A stretch of DNA of 64,000 nt from Alphaproteobacteria bacterium (GCA_038131935.1 JAYPQH010000017.1:97235-161234); one strand, 5' to 3'; numbered from the stretch's first letter, positions 40,704 to 52,678 are shown. Notes: generated by a model from the sequence alone, not told the origin. Numbers and translations: made by a program.

Positions 40704-42041
40704 TCATTCATGTGGATGTAAGGGCAATGTTACAGCAACCGATAATCCTCCATATCTGCTGTTCCCCAATGTCAATTTACCCCCATGGATGATAACAGTA
40801 TCGCGGCTGATAGAGAGTCCTAGCCCTGAAGTTCCATATAATGTTTTGCTTGTCTTTCCAGCACGGTTGAAAGGCGTCAGGGCCTCATCACGTTTTTCTT
40901 CTGGAATGCCTGGACCATCATCTTCAAATATGATCGTAAGCTCATTTTTACTCCAGTTATCAGATATGAAGATATGTTCGGCATGATCGCAAGCATTTTG
41001 TACAATATTTGTAAGACAGCGACGCATGGCATTAGGTCTTACCTTAATTTTCTGTTCAGGCTGACTTAGATGTAGGTTAATGGAATGCTTGGTTTCAAAG
41101 GGAGATACGATATCGAAAAGAAGTTCGCCAAGAGATAAGTCTTCTTTTTGTTCTTGAGAATTGTCTCTTATATAATCGATATAGGTTCCTATTGTGTCTT
41201 CCATATCCTCTATATCGCGTATCATGCCTTGAGTATCGATACTTTCTGGAAGCATTGCCATTTCAAGCCTAAGACGGGTTAAAGGGGTTCGCAGATCATG
41301 ACTGACCGACGTTAACATAGCGGTTCTTGTTTTGAGCAATTGAGCAATACTTTCTTGCATTTCATTGAATGCTTCCGTGGCTCTTCGTACCTCGCGAGCG
41401 CCACGCACTTTGATGGGTGTTGGTTTTCCAGAACGTTTAAAAATCTCCGCTCCGCGTGCTAGACGTATGATAGGGCGTACTTGATTGGACAAAAACAAAA
41501 CAGCAAGGGCAACAAAGACAAAGCTTCCAATAAGCGAATGCACAATAAGGAAATGCCACTTGGAACTAAGAATGGTTTTGGTATCAATTTCAATAAGCCA
41601 AATGCCTTTTTTGTGTTGTGTAATAATATTGGTCTGCTGTCCTTCTAGAGAGAACCAAACTTTATTGGGCTGCGGTAAGGTTTTCTGAAGGGCATCTTCT
41701 ATGGCTAAGAGGCGAAAGGCCCACCAAGCTGGACTATATGAGTCATCAGAATGAAAAGAGCTATCTATAGGGGATATATTCCAAGACATGATGTTGTTGG
41801 GTAGAGCGTGATGTGAATGAACATTCATTCCATCTAAATCAGCAAGTTGCTCCAGCAGTTCAATATTGGTGACGAGCTTAGAGGCACTATTTTCTGCTTG
41901 TCTTTGCAAATCGCCTTTTATGTAGACAACAGCTAAGAGGAGTTGTAGTGCCAAAATCGGTGTCACCAAAATGGTGATTGCACGCCAAAGAAGAGATGAT
42001 GGCATGACTTTTCGAAGCTTCATGTTTCGGATATGCAACAT
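40704..42041 (-). CDS. EnvZ-like sensor histidine kinase
   Basis: Two TMs, HAMP (GAREVR...AFNEM), H-box SHDLRTPLTR, N-box, DDGPGI, GLGLSI. Confidence 0.92.
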   Translation of the reverse strand: MLHIRNMKLRKVMPSSLLWRAITILVTPILALQLLLAVVYIKGDLQRQAENSASKLVTNIELLEQLADLDGMNVHSHHALPNNIMSWNISPIDSSFHSDDSYSPAWWAFRLLAIEDALQKTLPQPNKVWFSLEGQQTNIITQHKKGIWLIEIDTKTILSSKWHFLIVHSLIGSFVFVALAVLFLSNQVRPIIRLARGAEIFKRSGKPTPIKVRGAREVRRATEAFNEMQESIAQLLKTRTAMLTSVSHDLRTPLTRLRLEMAMLPESIDTQGMIRDIEDMEDTIGTYIDYIRDNSQEQKEDLSLGELLFDIVSPFETKHSINLHLSQPEQKIKVRPNAMRRCLTNIVQNACDHAEHIFISDNWSKNELTIIFEDDGPGIPEEKRDEALTPFNRAGKTSKTLYGTSGLGLSISRDTVIIHGGKLTLGNSRYGGLSVAVTLPLHPHE

Positions 42042-42094
42042 TGATATCTCATTTGATGATTGGGATTTTAACAAAAGTATGCGATGAGAACGAC

Positions 42095-42940
42095 ATGATC
42101 ACAACCTTGCTTGCAAATAATGCCGGTCCATTCACCGGTCCTGGCACCCAGACACATGTGTTCGGTGATCAAGATAGCTGTGTTGTTATTGATCCAGGAC
42201 CATCTTTGCCTGAACATATGGAAGCGATTTATTCTGCCATTGGACATCGTAAATTATGTGGCATACTTTTAACGCACCGTCATGGCGATCACGCTGGTGC
42301 CGCCCTCACTCTTCAGGTCAATCTCAATACCTCAATTATGGCATTTCCTATATTGCCATCAGACCATTACCGTATTCCTGAGGGACGTTTTTACACAGAC
42401 TTTGATTACGAAGCTATTCATGAGGGCGACGAGATCACTGTTGGTTCTCTTATATTGTCTGTTGTTCACACACCGGGCCACTGTTTTGATCATGTGGCAT
42501 TTGTCTGTAAGCAAACGGGTGATTTGTTTGTGGGCGATACGATCATGGCTTGGTCAAGCACGGCAATTGTGCAGCCAGAAGGGAATATGGAGGCATACCG
42601 TCAATCCCTCCGCAAGCTTTATCACATTGATGTCCAGCGATTCCATCCAACCCACGGTGATATTATCCATGATCCAAAAGCGAGAATAGTTCAATTATTG
42701 GCCCATAGACGCAAGCGAGAAGAGGAGCTATTTTCAAGATTAGGTGCGGAGCCCATGGGACTCTCAGAATTGCGGAAAATCATTTATCCTCAGCTCCCGG
42801 AAAATCTATATGCAGGCGCGGAAACGTCACTTCTATCTCATATTTTAGATTTGAACGATCGCGGTGCCGTCACGTGGTCGAAAAAGGGCGTTGTCAAACA
42901 GGAAAATGCACAATGTGATCCCATGATTTGGAACTTGTAA
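42095..42940 (+). CDS. MBL-fold hydrolase (LACTB2-like)
   Basis: N.GPFTGPGT, IDPGP, THRHGDH, HTPGH..DH, GD, P.HG. Confidence 0.9.
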   Translation: MITTLLANNAGPFTGPGTQTHVFGDQDSCVVIDPGPSLPEHMEAIYSAIGHRKLCGILLTHRHGDHAGAALTLQVNLNTSIMAFPILPSDHYRIPEGRFYTDFDYEAIHEGDEITVGSLILSVVHTPGHCFDHVAFVCKQTGDLFVGDTIMAWSSTAIVQPEGNMEAYRQSLRKLYHIDVQRFHPTHGDIIHDPKARIVQLLAHRRKREEELFSRLGAEPMGLSELRKIIYPQLPENLYAGAETSLLSHILDLNDRGAVTWSKKGVVKQENAQCDPMIWNL

Positions 42941-43022
42941 TTTTGTTGCATCTGGCAGCTTAAGTCAGGTCATGAGCCAATGGATCAGAGCTCAAGCTCC
43001 CAAGGCTATGCTGGATTTGTGA

Positions 43023-43952
43023 TCAAGAGCTTACAATTGTGCGTTCAAGCTCGGTATGTTCTTCATCCAGACCTTTTGGATCTTGATGGATAAAGACTTC
43101 AGAGCCTGGAAAATGTTGTATGATAACGTCAGCAACATCGTCACTTATACGATGGGCATCTATCAGGCGCATATTGGGGTCAAGTTCCATATGGAATTGT
43201 ATGAATGTCCATGATCCAGAGCAGCGTGTGCGAAGATCATGAACCTCTTCAACCTGAGGATGTGCAATAGCCAAGGCATGAATGGTGCGTCGATCATCTT
43301 CTGATAATTCTTTGTCCATCAATTGATCGAGCGATTGTATGAAGATTTTTGATGTCTCCAAGCTTATATAGGCGGCAATAAGCAGAGCAATAATAGGGTC
43401 TAGCAGTGCAAAGGAGAAAAAATAATCTCCAGCTATGGCAACAATAACCGCAAGGTTGACGAGCAAATCCATTCGATAGTGTGACGCATCCGCCTTGATC
43501 GCCAGTGAACCTGTCTTTTTGAATGTCCAATTTTGGAAGAGCACCAAAAGAAGCGTCAAAACAATAGAAAATAACATAATGCCAATCCCGATTTCAGAGG
43601 AGGAAATGGGTTCGGGATTCAAGAGCTTTTTAACAGATTCAACGACAAGAAAAATAACAGAACAACCAATCAAACAGGCCTGGCCAAGCCCTGCTAACGC
43701 CTCAGCTTTTCCATGGCCAAAACGATGGTCTTGGTCTGCTGGGGTAAGAGCAATGCGCACGGCAATAAGGTTGAGTATACTGGCTACTGCATCTAAAAAA
43801 GAGTCAGCAAGAGAGGAGAGAAGTGAAACAGATCCAGTTTCTGCATAGGCGTATGTTTTGACGACAATCAAAACTGTAGCCACGGCCACTGATGCGGTAG
43901 ATACCGCACGTAACAATCTTTGTTGATGTTGATCATAACCGAGGGTTTTCAT
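43023..43952 (-). CDS. fieF: cation diffusion facilitator (FieF-like)
   Basis: GSVSLLSSLADS..D, PADQDHRFGHGKAE, ADASHY..D, HDLRTR.SG, FIHQDP. Confidence 0.88.
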   Translation of the reverse strand: MKTLGYDQHQQRLLRAVSTASVAVATVLIVVKTYAYAETGSVSLLSSLADSFLDAVASILNLIAVRIALTPADQDHRFGHGKAEALAGLGQACLIGCSVIFLVVESVKKLLNPEPISSSEIGIGIMLFSIVLTLLLVLFQNWTFKKTGSLAIKADASHYRMDLLVNLAVIVAIAGDYFFSFALLDPIIALLIAAYISLETSKIFIQSLDQLMDKELSEDDRRTIHALAIAHPQVEEVHDLRTRCSGSWTFIQFHMELDPNMRLIDAHRISDDVADVIIQHFPGSEVFIHQDPKGLDEEHTELERTIVSS

Positions 43953-44599
43953 GGAGATAACAGATGTGATTGCCAGTTGTTGGTACTTTTATCCCTCTGG
44001 AATTGACGTCTTATGTGAAGTCGGTACGGGCCATTTTTCCAAAATTCTATTGTTTGTGGTTTAAGGCGATAGCCAGACCAATGATCAGGTCGTGGTATGG
44101 ATATATCGACAAACTTATCTTGAAAGTTTGAGAATTTTTCCTCCAACTTTTGACGGTTTGGCAACAGTGAAGACTGCTGAGATGCCCATGCACCGATTTG
44201 GGATTCTCTTCCTCTTGATGCAAAATAGATATCGGCTTCTTCAGTGCCGACAGGTTCAATTTCACCACGTATACGCACTTGCCTTAAAATGCTTTTCCAG
44301 TGAATAACCGCGGCAGCTTGAGGATTGGCAGATAATTGTTGTCCCTTTGTAGAGAGGGTGTTGGTGTAGAAAACAAGGCCGTCTTCGTCAAATCCTTTAA
44401 ACAACAAAATACGGGCGTCGGGCATATTATTCCTATCGGCTGTCGCCAGCGTGAATGCGTTTGGGTCAGCTATTTCCTGTTCAGCTGCAGTGGCATACCA
44501 CTCAGCAAATAGCTCGAAGGGGTCCTTATGAGGGATGTCAGTGAGATCTAACTGATGCTCATCATGTTGACGTGGATCAGCTTGTGGAATGTGCACCAT
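43949..44599 (-). CDS. pdxH: pyridoxamine 5'-phosphate oxidase
   Basis: DPNA.TLAT, FYTN..S.KG, RQVRIRG, YFASR...SQIGAWAS.QS, RPDHWSG, EFW. Confidence 0.96.
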   Translation of the reverse strand: MVHIPQADPRQHDEHQLDLTDIPHKDPFELFAEWYATAAEQEIADPNAFTLATADRNNMPDARILLFKGFDEDGLVFYTNTLSTKGQQLSANPQAAAVIHWKSILRQVRIRGEIEPVGTEEADIYFASRGRESQIGAWASQQSSLLPNRQKLEEKFSNFQDKFVDISIPRPDHWSGYRLKPQTIEFWKNGPYRLHIRRQFQRDKSTNNWQSHLLSP

Positions 44600-44780
44600 G
44601 GAAAATATGCCTCATTACTCTAGAATATTTAAGATATGGTGGTGTTTTATTCTTAAAGCATGGTCAAGGATAAAATTTCCGCTAAGTTCTGCTTGGTGTT
44701 GGAAAAGATGGCGAAGTTGGACTATAACGTGAAGTTCGTGACCAATTGTCACGTATGGTCTGATAGGGGGGATGGCTGGT

Positions 44781-45584
44781 ATGTCAACAATAATGCAAGG
44801 GAAGAAAGGCTTGATCATGGGCGTGGCCAATGATCGTTCTATCGCTTGGGGTATTGCTCGTGCTTGCGCAGATCAAGGCGCTGAATTGGGGTTTTCCTAC
44901 CAAGGTGAGGCTCTAGAAAAGCGTGTAAGACCTCTTGCAGAGTCAGTTGGTTCTTCGCTGGTTGCGCCTTGCGATGTAACAGACGCCGAATCAGTGGCCA
45001 ATTTGTTTTCTCTGGTGCGCGAGCGCTGGGGTGAACTCGATTTTTTGGTCCATGCCATCGCTTACGCTGATAAAAATGAATTAAAGGGACGTTATATCAA
45101 TACAAGTTATGAAAACTTTGCGCGCTCCATGAATATAAGCTGTTACTCGCTTACTGCATTGGCTCGTCACGCGGAGCCACTCATGACAGATGGTGGGTCA
45201 ATACTCACATTGAGTTACTATGGAGCCGAAAAGGTGATGCCTCACTATAATGTGATGGGCGTGGCCAAAGCAGCTTTGGAGGCATCGGTTCGGTATCTAG
45301 CCGCAGACATGGGTCCCAACAATATTCGCGTGAATGCAATTTCTGCAGGTCCTATAAAAACCCTCGCGGCATCAGGCATCGGTGATTTTCGTTATATTCT
45401 CAAGTGGAATGAGTACAATGCGCCCATGCGTAGATGTGTGGATATTCATGATGTCGGCCAAACAGCGGTTTATCTTCTCTCCGATATGGGGAAAGGAATG
45501 ACAGGTGAAATTCTTCATGTTGATAGCGGATATCATGTTGTTGGCATGAAAGCAGAGGACGCTCCAGATATTTCCGTTGCTTGA
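44781..45584 (+). CDS. fabI: enoyl-ACP reductase FabI
   Basis: [52 protein letters not shown]. Confidence 0.97.
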   Translation: MSTIMQGKKGLIMGVANDRSIAWGIARACADQGAELGFSYQGEALEKRVRPLAESVGSSLVAPCDVTDAESVANLFSLVRERWGELDFLVHAIAYADKNELKGRYINTSYENFARSMNISCYSLTALARHAEPLMTDGGSILTLSYYGAEKVMPHYNVMGVAKAALEASVRYLAADMGPNNIRVNAISAGPIKTLAASGIGDFRYILKWNEYNAPMRRCVDIHDVGQTAVYLLSDMGKGMTGEILHVDSGYHVVGMKAEDAPDISVA

Positions 45585-45620
45585 CATCTTATGGCACTGC
45601 AAGGGTATGAACAGTTTTGG

Positions 45621-45650
45621 TCGAGCTTAAATGCAGCTCGAGATTTGTTT
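45621..45650 (+). terminator. possible weak terminator or leader hairpin between fabI and aroC
   Basis: TCGAGCT/AGCTCGA 7-bp stem followed by GATTTGTTT. Confidence 0.35.
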
Positions 45651-45665
45651 CCTTAGGTGGGTGGT

Positions 45666-46757
45666 ATGAATATCTTTGGTCAGATGTTTCGCTTCATGAC
45701 ATGGGGAGAGAGCCATGGTCCAGCACTAGGCGTTGTCGTGGACGGCTGTCCTCCTGGGATTGAAGTTGATCTTGATGCGTTGCAGATGTTCTTGGACAGA
45801 CGAAGGCCCGGACAAAATAAATTTGTCACCCAGCGTCAGGAAGCAGATGAAGTCAAAATCCTATCTGGTATTTTTGAAAATGTCACAACAGGTACCCCCA
45901 TCTGTATGATGATTGAAAATACTGATCAGCGCTCGAAAGATTATGGCGAGATTGCACAGCAATTTAGGCCAGGCCATGCTGATTTTCCTTATTGGGCAAA
46001 ATATGGATTAAGAGATTATAGAGGTGGTGGACGGGCATCAGCCCGTGAGACGGCAGCAAGGGTGGCCGCAGGTGCACTAGCACAGCAGGTTTTGGCTCAA
46101 CTTCTTCCTCATCCCATAGAGGCATTATGTGGTGTGGAAGCTATTGGTCCCATTCATGCTGAATCAATTGATTTTACTGCTGCAAACAGCAATGATTTTT
46201 TCTTCCTAGACCAGAGCAAAATAGAGGAATTATCTACCTACCTTATGTCGGTTCGAAAAAATGGATCGTCTATTGGTGCACGTTTGCGGCTTTTAATAAA
46301 ACATGTGCCCGTTGGGCTTGGTTCACCTGTAGCAGGTCGCTTAGATGCCCGTTTGGCGTCAGACATGATGTCTGTGAATGCAGTGAAATCTGTCGAAATT
46401 GGCGCAGGATCACGCGTGGCTTTCATGTCAGGTGAAGAGAATGCAGATCCCATGTATTTAGATGATCAAGGGCAGGTGGCTTTCTCCAAAAATAATGCCG
46501 GCGGCATTTTAGGTGGAATATCTACAGGGGCGGATATTGATTTGGCTGTGGCTATTAAACCTACATCTTCAATCCTTACGCCGGTGAATAGTTTAAACAT
46601 CCATGGAGAAACAGTAGCTGTACGCACCAAAGGTCGTCATGACCCATGTGTTGGGATACGCGCCGTGCCAGTTTTAGAGGCAATGGCCTATTGTACCATT
46701 TTGGACCATTGGCTGCTTCATCGTGGGCAAGTAGGACATTTTTTTGAAGGCTTTTAG
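45666..46757 (+). CDS. aroC: chorismate synthase
   Basis: [46 protein letters not shown]. Confidence 0.97.
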   Translation: MNIFGQMFRFMTWGESHGPALGVVVDGCPPGIEVDLDALQMFLDRRRPGQNKFVTQRQEADEVKILSGIFENVTTGTPICMMIENTDQRSKDYGEIAQQFRPGHADFPYWAKYGLRDYRGGGRASARETAARVAAGALAQQVLAQLLPHPIEALCGVEAIGPIHAESIDFTAANSNDFFFLDQSKIEELSTYLMSVRKNGSSIGARLRLLIKHVPVGLGSPVAGRLDARLASDMMSVNAVKSVEIGAGSRVAFMSGEENADPMYLDDQGQVAFSKNNAGGILGGISTGADIDLAVAIKPTSSILTPVNSLNIHGETVAVRTKGRHDPCVGIRAVPVLEAMAYCTILDHWLLHRGQVGHFFEGF

Positions 46758-47746
46758 TTTTTAACAAACAGAAGTGACTTTGACAAAAAATGAACTTCTT
46801 TATCATACAGAGTGAAGCCTTCATCTTGTGCTAAGGTTTCCAAAGGGCTTTGGCAGTATTTTTCAAAGAAGGGTTCATGGAATAGTTGAGGGAACCGTTC
46901 CAACAAGCCATCCATGGCCGGGTCATCGGAATATTGTAATGAATCGGTAATCAAAAAATGCCCGCCTTTTTTGAGCGTGCGATAAGCATCCTGAAACACT
47001 TGTTGGCGAATGCGTGACGGCAATTCGTGCATGACAAAAATAGATGTCACAACATCAACATGTTCAGATGCAATGGGAAGCTGTTCAGCTAATCCAAGAA
47101 TTTGTTTTTGATGACCGTCCTTGCGGGCTTTGCGGAGATAATATTCCGAGAGATCTAAACCAAATACAGATGCTGTTGGAAAATTTACTTCGAGAAGATC
47201 AGTAAATGATCCATCTCCGGAACCTATATCCAAAATACGGTTTTCCACTCTTCGCTGTGGATAAAAATGTTGCCGTAACAGTCCTAAACCTCGTCTGCGC
47301 ATTACCCTGGCAAGTCCTAAAAACAATACCTCAACAGAAAACTCATACTGGACTGCGGATTGGTCGCTCAACCATCCATTGGGCTGGAAGTGGAATGCTC
47401 TTTGATAATACTGAGGTAGTGCGGTGTTGGGGGACTGTACAACAATATCTTGTTTTTTCTGTCGCTCGATAAATGCCTTAAAGTCACCATAATAACTTTT
47501 AATGGATTCAAAGTTCGGTAAAGTTCCTGGGTGGGGATCAATGTAATGTGCGTGTTCTAGATCATAGCTATCTGCATCAATCATTGCCTCAATGGATGCA
47601 AGATAACGCCTCCAAGAGGGCAAAGTGAGGTGACCTTCAGATCGCTGTCCACCATACCAGCGCAACAAAGCCAAACTTGCTGCATAATGGGTGGCAAAAT
47701 ACCCCGTTCTCGCCAGGCTTTTTGTTTTATGCCAGCTTTTCATCAC
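46754..47746 (-). CDS. class I SAM-dependent methyltransferase of unknown substrate
   Basis: LDIGSGDG motif I, GLDLSE.YL, AEQLP, FVMHELP; N-terminal YY.R.FHFQ.NGWLS. Confidence 0.85.
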   Translation of the reverse strand: MMKSWHKTKSLARTGYFATHYAASLALLRWYGGQRSEGHLTLPSWRRYLASIEAMIDADSYDLEHAHYIDPHPGTLPNFESIKSYYGDFKAFIERQKKQDIVVQSPNTALPQYYQRAFHFQPNGWLSDQSAVQYEFSVEVLFLGLARVMRRRGLGLLRQHFYPQRRVENRILDIGSGDGSFTDLLEVNFPTASVFGLDLSEYYLRKARKDGHQKQILGLAEQLPIASEHVDVVTSIFVMHELPSRIRQQVFQDAYRTLKKGGHFLITDSLQYSDDPAMDGLLERFPQLFHEPFFEKYCQSPLETLAQDEGFTLYDKEVHFLSKSLLFVKN

Positions 47747-48951
47747 GAAACCCGCTCAAATATACTTACCATTTCGACATGGTATGTATGTACAAATTGA
47801 TCAATGGGAGTGAGACGTTTTAACCTAAAACCACCTGTACATAGATGTCTTGCATCTTTCGCAAAAGAAATCGGGTTGCAGGATACATAAACGACATGGT
47901 CAATGTGAGATTTCACAATTTCTTTAATTTGTGCCTGCGCGCCATCACGAGGTGGGTCTAAAAGAACCATGTCAAAATGATTGATATCTTTTGCTTTCAC
48001 AGGGCTTTTGAAAAGGTCCAATGTTTGGGTTTTGATGTTCAAAGGTTTAGGATTTGCACTTTTCAGTGCTTGTAAAGCCAGACTATTGGCCTCAACAGCG
48101 GTAACATGGTGGTTGTTACAAAGCCTTAAGCTGAATGTGCCCATACCAGCAAACAGCTCCAAAATTTTTGTTTTGCCTTTAGAAGCATGGCAAACCATGT
48201 CCGCAATAAGTTCTTCAACTTCTGTTACCGCTTGCAAAAAGCCACCAGGTGGGAATGGAACTTCATAGTCGCCAAAGCGCACATATGCCTGTTCACCAAA
48301 TAATTTTCTGCGTCCAACATGTATCGCAATAATACCAAGCCGCTGCAAAAATGCGCTATGCTGGTTGATGTTTTGAGAGATGTTTGCATCGTTTTTTTCG
48401 TTGGTTTGATAATGTAACAGAACCCCATTATTACATAATGTCGCTTGTAGTTCTGTTTGAGTGGGTAAAGATAGCTTTCCATGGATCTCGGAAATATATG
48501 GCATGATCCGTTCCAACGCCGTTTCAAGTACCATACAAGAACTTAAGGGGGTAAGATTATGACTTCCACGTTCAAATTGGCTTGGTTTTCCTGAGGAATC
48601 TATGTGCCATTTTACGCGCCTTCGGTGATGGTTTTGAGGGCGAATGATGGGTGCTATTTCCTCACAAACAACATGTTGTCGCTGTAACGCATGGTTGATG
48701 AGTTGGTGCTTGAAGTCATTCTGCGCTGTTGATGACATATGCTGAAGGTGGCAGCCCCCGCATTGAGGAACATAGGGGCAGGGTGGCGTGGTGCGCTCTG
48801 GATGCTGTTTCAACAAAATGGGTTTGTTTTGTGGTGAAAGTGATACTTCTTCACCAGGTATCAAGCCTGGTAAGTATAAAGGGCCATCGGTGGTGGTGAT
48901 TTTTGCATCTGCTTTGTGGGTTAGCGGACCAATTACATGCGTTGTGCCCAT
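47743..48951 (-). CDS. 23S rRNA m5U methyltransferase (RlmD/TrmA family)
   Basis: CPYVPQCGGCHLQH, FLQA, ELFAGMG, LDPPRDG, YVSCNP, DQF..T.HVE. Confidence 0.9.
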   Translation of the reverse strand: MGTTHVIGPLTHKADAKITTTDGPLYLPGLIPGEEVSLSPQNKPILLKQHPERTTPPCPYVPQCGGCHLQHMSSTAQNDFKHQLINHALQRQHVVCEEIAPIIRPQNHHRRRVKWHIDSSGKPSQFERGSHNLTPLSSCMVLETALERIMPYISEIHGKLSLPTQTELQATLCNNGVLLHYQTNEKNDANISQNINQHSAFLQRLGIIAIHVGRRKLFGEQAYVRFGDYEVPFPPGGFLQAVTEVEELIADMVCHASKGKTKILELFAGMGTFSLRLCNNHHVTAVEANSLALQALKSANPKPLNIKTQTLDLFKSPVKAKDINHFDMVLLDPPRDGAQAQIKEIVKSHIDHVVYVSCNPISFAKDARHLCTGGFRLKRLTPIDQFVHTYHVEMVSIFERVS

Positions 48952-49664
48952 AAAACATACTCCTGGTTGCCATCAGAGCCTGCGAGGTCAGCGGGCAGCA
49001 TTGATTGAGTTTCCCAACCTTGCTTTTGTAAAAACATTTGAACATTACCAACTGCTTTTCTGCCGCCTTCAGGGTCTATGACAAGCCCTGCTTTGTTGGT
49101 GCCGGTGGGGCCCAACTCAAATTGTGGTTTCACCAATAAAATGAGATCAGTAAGTTCAGTGCATTGTTTAAGAGGATTGGGTAGGGCTCTTGAGAGGGAA
49201 ATGAAGGACAAATCGGATGTCAATAATGTTGGTTGTGGGTTAAGATGATCTTTATGCAGGTGGTCAACATGCGTTCGCTCAAGGTTATGAATATTTGGGT
49301 TTTCACGCAGGCTTTGATGCAATTGCCCGTGTCCAACGTCAATGGCGTGAATATAACGGCATCCATATTCTAAGAGAACTTGACAAAACCCTCCCGTTGA
49401 AGCGCCCAGATCAATGGCTATACGATCAACGATGCTTAAGCTCAGCCTTTCTAAAGCCCCTTTTAATTTTAGTGCTGCACGGCTCACATAGTTCTGAATT
49501 TCATGCTGTCGTATATTTACTTCAAAATCTTCGCGGCACTTATAAGAGGGATGTAAAATTATGTCTCCCGTATGGTCGCAAACCAACCCTTTTTTGATCC
49601 ATTCTTGTGCTTTGGCTCGACTAGGCGCGAAACCCCTTTGTACGAGCCAAACATCCAAGCGCAT
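48933..49664 (-). CDS. tlyA: TlyA family rRNA methyltransferase
   Basis: MRLD.WLV S4 domain, YVSRAALKL, DLGASTGGF, DVGHGQL, DLSFISL, LVKPQFE, GN.EY. Confidence 0.95.
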   Translation of the reverse strand: MRLDVWLVQRGFAPSRAKAQEWIKKGLVCDHTGDIILHPSYKCREDFEVNIRQHEIQNYVSRAALKLKGALERLSLSIVDRIAIDLGASTGGFCQVLLEYGCRYIHAIDVGHGQLHQSLRENPNIHNLERTHVDHLHKDHLNPQPTLLTSDLSFISLSRALPNPLKQCTELTDLILLVKPQFELGPTGTNKAGLVIDPEGGRKAVGNVQMFLQKQGWETQSMLPADLAGSDGNQEYVLWAQRM

Positions 49665-49665
49665 A

Positions 49666-51553
49666 TCAATCGCACATTTCAGAAATACGCTGATAGAGTC
49701 CCTCAGCGTCTAATTGATTCCAAGCATATTGGATTTCTGGCGATGCATGATCAAAAAATTGATCGGAAAAATGTGCATTTCGCACCCGTAGTTTGCCAGA
49801 ATCAAGCAGTCCTCTCGTGAGCAACAACCTATTCACAGCGTCGCCAAATCCACCGCAAGAACCCTCTTCAACGGTTAAAATGCTATGATGTTCGCGTGCA
49901 AGCTGTGTGATCAGGTTTACATCTAGTGGCTTTGCAAACCTTGCATCCATGATGGTAATCCTCTGTCCTTTCTCTTGTTCAAGCTTTTTGGCGGCCATTT
50001 CTACCGCAGTTAATCTGCCGCCGAAAGAAATAACAGCCACGCCTTCACCTGATGCACAAAGTCGACCTTTACCAATCTCCAGAGGCAATGGGGCTGGGTC
50101 TAATTCAACCCCCGGTCCCTCTCCACGTGGGAATCTAAAGGAAATTGGTTGATCATCCATTAAGGTGGCAGTCAGTACCATGCGCTGCAATTCGGCCTCA
50201 TCAGACGGGGCCATTACGATCATGTTGGGAAGGCAAGACATGAATGATATATCAAAACTTCCTGCATGCGTGGCGCCATCAGCGCCCACAAACCCAGCAC
50301 GGTCGATTGCAAAGCGCACAGGTAGTTTTTGAATAGCAACATCATGAACAATTTGGTCAAAGCCACGCTGTAGGAATGTTGAATAAATAGCGCAGAAAGG
50401 CTTCATTCCCTCGCTTGCTAAACCTGCAGAGAAGGTGACAGCGTGTTGCTCTGCAATACCCACGTCGAAAACACGATCAGGAAAGTGGCGACCAAAAATA
50501 TCTAAACCCGTTCCAGACGGCATGGCAGCGGTAACAGCAACGATAGCCGGGTCTCGGTGGGCTTCATGGACCAAACTATCAGCAAAAATACGCGTGTAAC
50601 TTGGGCTGTTTGACTTTTTCTTAATAGCTGTTCCTGTATCTTTATCAAATGCAGATACACCATGGAATCGGTCAGCGCTCTTCTGCTGGTTTGTAGCCAT
50701 ACCCTTTTTGGGTAACACAATGGAGCAAAACTGGCCCCGTCGCACCATCACGAAGGTTACGCAAAACAGGTAACAATTGATCCAAGTCATGACCATCGAC
50801 GGGCCCAAAATACTGGAATCCAAGTTCTTCAAATAGCGTACCGCCTACTGCCATTCCTTTGGAATATTCTTCAACCCGCTTGGCCAACCGTTCAATGCCG
50901 CTTGGAAGCTTTTGAGTGAGTGATTTTACAGTCTGACGAAACTGACCATAACTATTCCCGGACCATAGTTTTGTCAGGTAATGGCTTAGGGCTCCAGTTG
51001 GTGGGGCAATAGACATGTCATTATCATTCAAAATAACAATGAGACGTGTTTTTTGATGCCCCGCATTGTTCAATGCTTCAAAGGCAAGGCCTGCACTCAT
51101 AGCTCCATCACCGATTACACTCACCACGTGATAGTGTTCACCTTTGAGGTCACGGGCCGTTGCCATGCCTAGCCCCGCAGAAATCGATGTAGATGAGTGG
51201 CCTGCGCCAAAAGGATCATGAAGGCTCTCTGACCTTTTGGTAAAGCCAGATAATCCATTTTCCTGTCTTATTGTTCTCAGGGTTTCTCGTCTTCCTGTTA
51301 AAATTTTATGAGGATAAGCTTGATGCCCAACATCAAAAATAATTTTATCTTCTGGACTTTGAAATACGTGATGCAAAGCTACTGTTAATTCAACAACACC
51401 TAAACTGGCACCAAGATGTCCCCCTGTTTGGGAGACTGCATCAATCAGTTCTTCTCGAACCTCATGTGCCAACGTCTTCAAGCTTTCATCGTCAAATTGT
51501 CTGATATCCGCTACATTTTTAACGGTATCTAACAATGGTGTAAGAACGGGCAT
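49666..51553 (-). CDS. dxs: 1-deoxy-D-xylulose-5-phosphate synthase (frameshift near 50680)
   Basis: [70 protein letters not shown]. Confidence 0.96.
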
Positions 51554-51576
51554 CGGTGAACTATCCTCTTATCGGA

Positions 51577-52449
51577 TTATCGAGCGCGTTGCATAGCAAA
51601 GTCGATAACATGATGTAAAATGGGTGGAGCATGCTCCTGAAGTTTTTCATAATGTGTCATGCATTGGCTATGAGCGGAGTGAATGATTTTATCTACAGCC
51701 ACGGTTTCAGGAATGGTCCATAGGGTTGCTTTCCCAGCTTCTCGGTCCTTGCCAACCTGTTTGCCTAAATCGTCTGCATCAGCCGTTTCATCAAGATTGT
51801 CATCGCGTAACTGAAACAAAATACCCAAGGCGATGCCAAAATCATAAAAACCCTGGATGAGTTCATGTTTGCCGGCGGTTACAGCACCCATGGCACAGGC
51901 TGCTGCAAACATATCAGCAGTTTTATGTCGTGCGATGGTTATGACATCTTGGAGCGTTTTGGCGCGTGTTATGCCAGCCAAATCAAGGGATTGGCCTGCG
52001 CACATACCCACAGGCCCAGCGGCCTTTGCGAGTATTTCGATCATCGCGACTTTCTGTTCTGTGCTCATGTTTTTTGCAGTCGCAAGTGTGCTGAAAGCAA
52101 GGGATTGAAGACTATCTCCAACCAAAATGGCTGTGGCTTCATCAAAAGCACGATGTAATGTTGGTCGCCCACGCCGCATGTCGTCGTCGTCCATGGCTGG
52201 CAGGTCATCATGTATGAGTGAGTAAATATGAACCATCTCAATAGACATTCCAGCTGGGAATGACTGATGAGGTTGAGCACCCAAATGCGTTGCAATATGT
52301 TCAGTAAGAAAAGGTCTGATACATTTTCCTTCTCCTTCTAATGCATATCGAAGGGCATTATTTAGACGTGCACATGGTCCCTCAGGTGCTTCTTTGATCA
52401 GTGCAGAGCGAAAAATTTGTGCAAATTGATGGAGCGGCTCGGTGATCAT
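51577..52449 (-). CDS. ispA: farnesyl diphosphate synthase
   Basis: GK.IRP, SLIHDDLPAMDDDDMRRGRPT, GQ.LD, KT, FQLRDD.LD. Confidence 0.94.
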   Translation of the reverse strand: MITEPLHQFAQIFRSALIKEAPEGPCARLNNALRYALEGEGKCIRPFLTEHIATHLGAQPHQSFPAGMSIEMVHIYSLIHDDLPAMDDDDMRRGRPTLHRAFDEATAILVGDSLQSLAFSTLATAKNMSTEQKVAMIEILAKAAGPVGMCAGQSLDLAGITRAKTLQDVITIARHKTADMFAAACAMGAVTAGKHELIQGFYDFGIALGILFQLRDDNLDETADADDLGKQVGKDREAGKATLWTIPETVAVDKIIHSAHSQCMTHYEKLQEHAPPILHHVIDFAMQRAR

Positions 52450-52678
52450 GTTTGTTCCAGCTGTAATGTTTCTGAGTTGATGGTTCCATCTGGTTTTCTA
52501 CGATGGCAGCTACACGTTCCTGCGCAGCCATCAAGCGTTCTTGGCATATTTTGCGCAGTTCTTGTCCTCGTTCATAAAGAGCAACAGCATCATCTAAGCG
52601 TGTTTGATCTGCTTCTAATTTTTCCACAATTGTTTCCAATTCGGACATGGCTTCCTCAAAACTAATTTTTTCGCTCAT
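52446..52678 (-). CDS. xseB: exodeoxyribonuclease VII small subunit (frameshift near 52495)
   Basis: SFEEAMSELETIVEKLE, LDDAVALYERG; adding one A gives a stop overlapping the ispA start (ATGA). Confidence 0.92.

Noticed and set aside
44653-44667. CtrA-like site TTAA-N7-TCAA between pdxH and fabI
   Set aside because: Single imperfect match in AT-rich DNA; expected by chance
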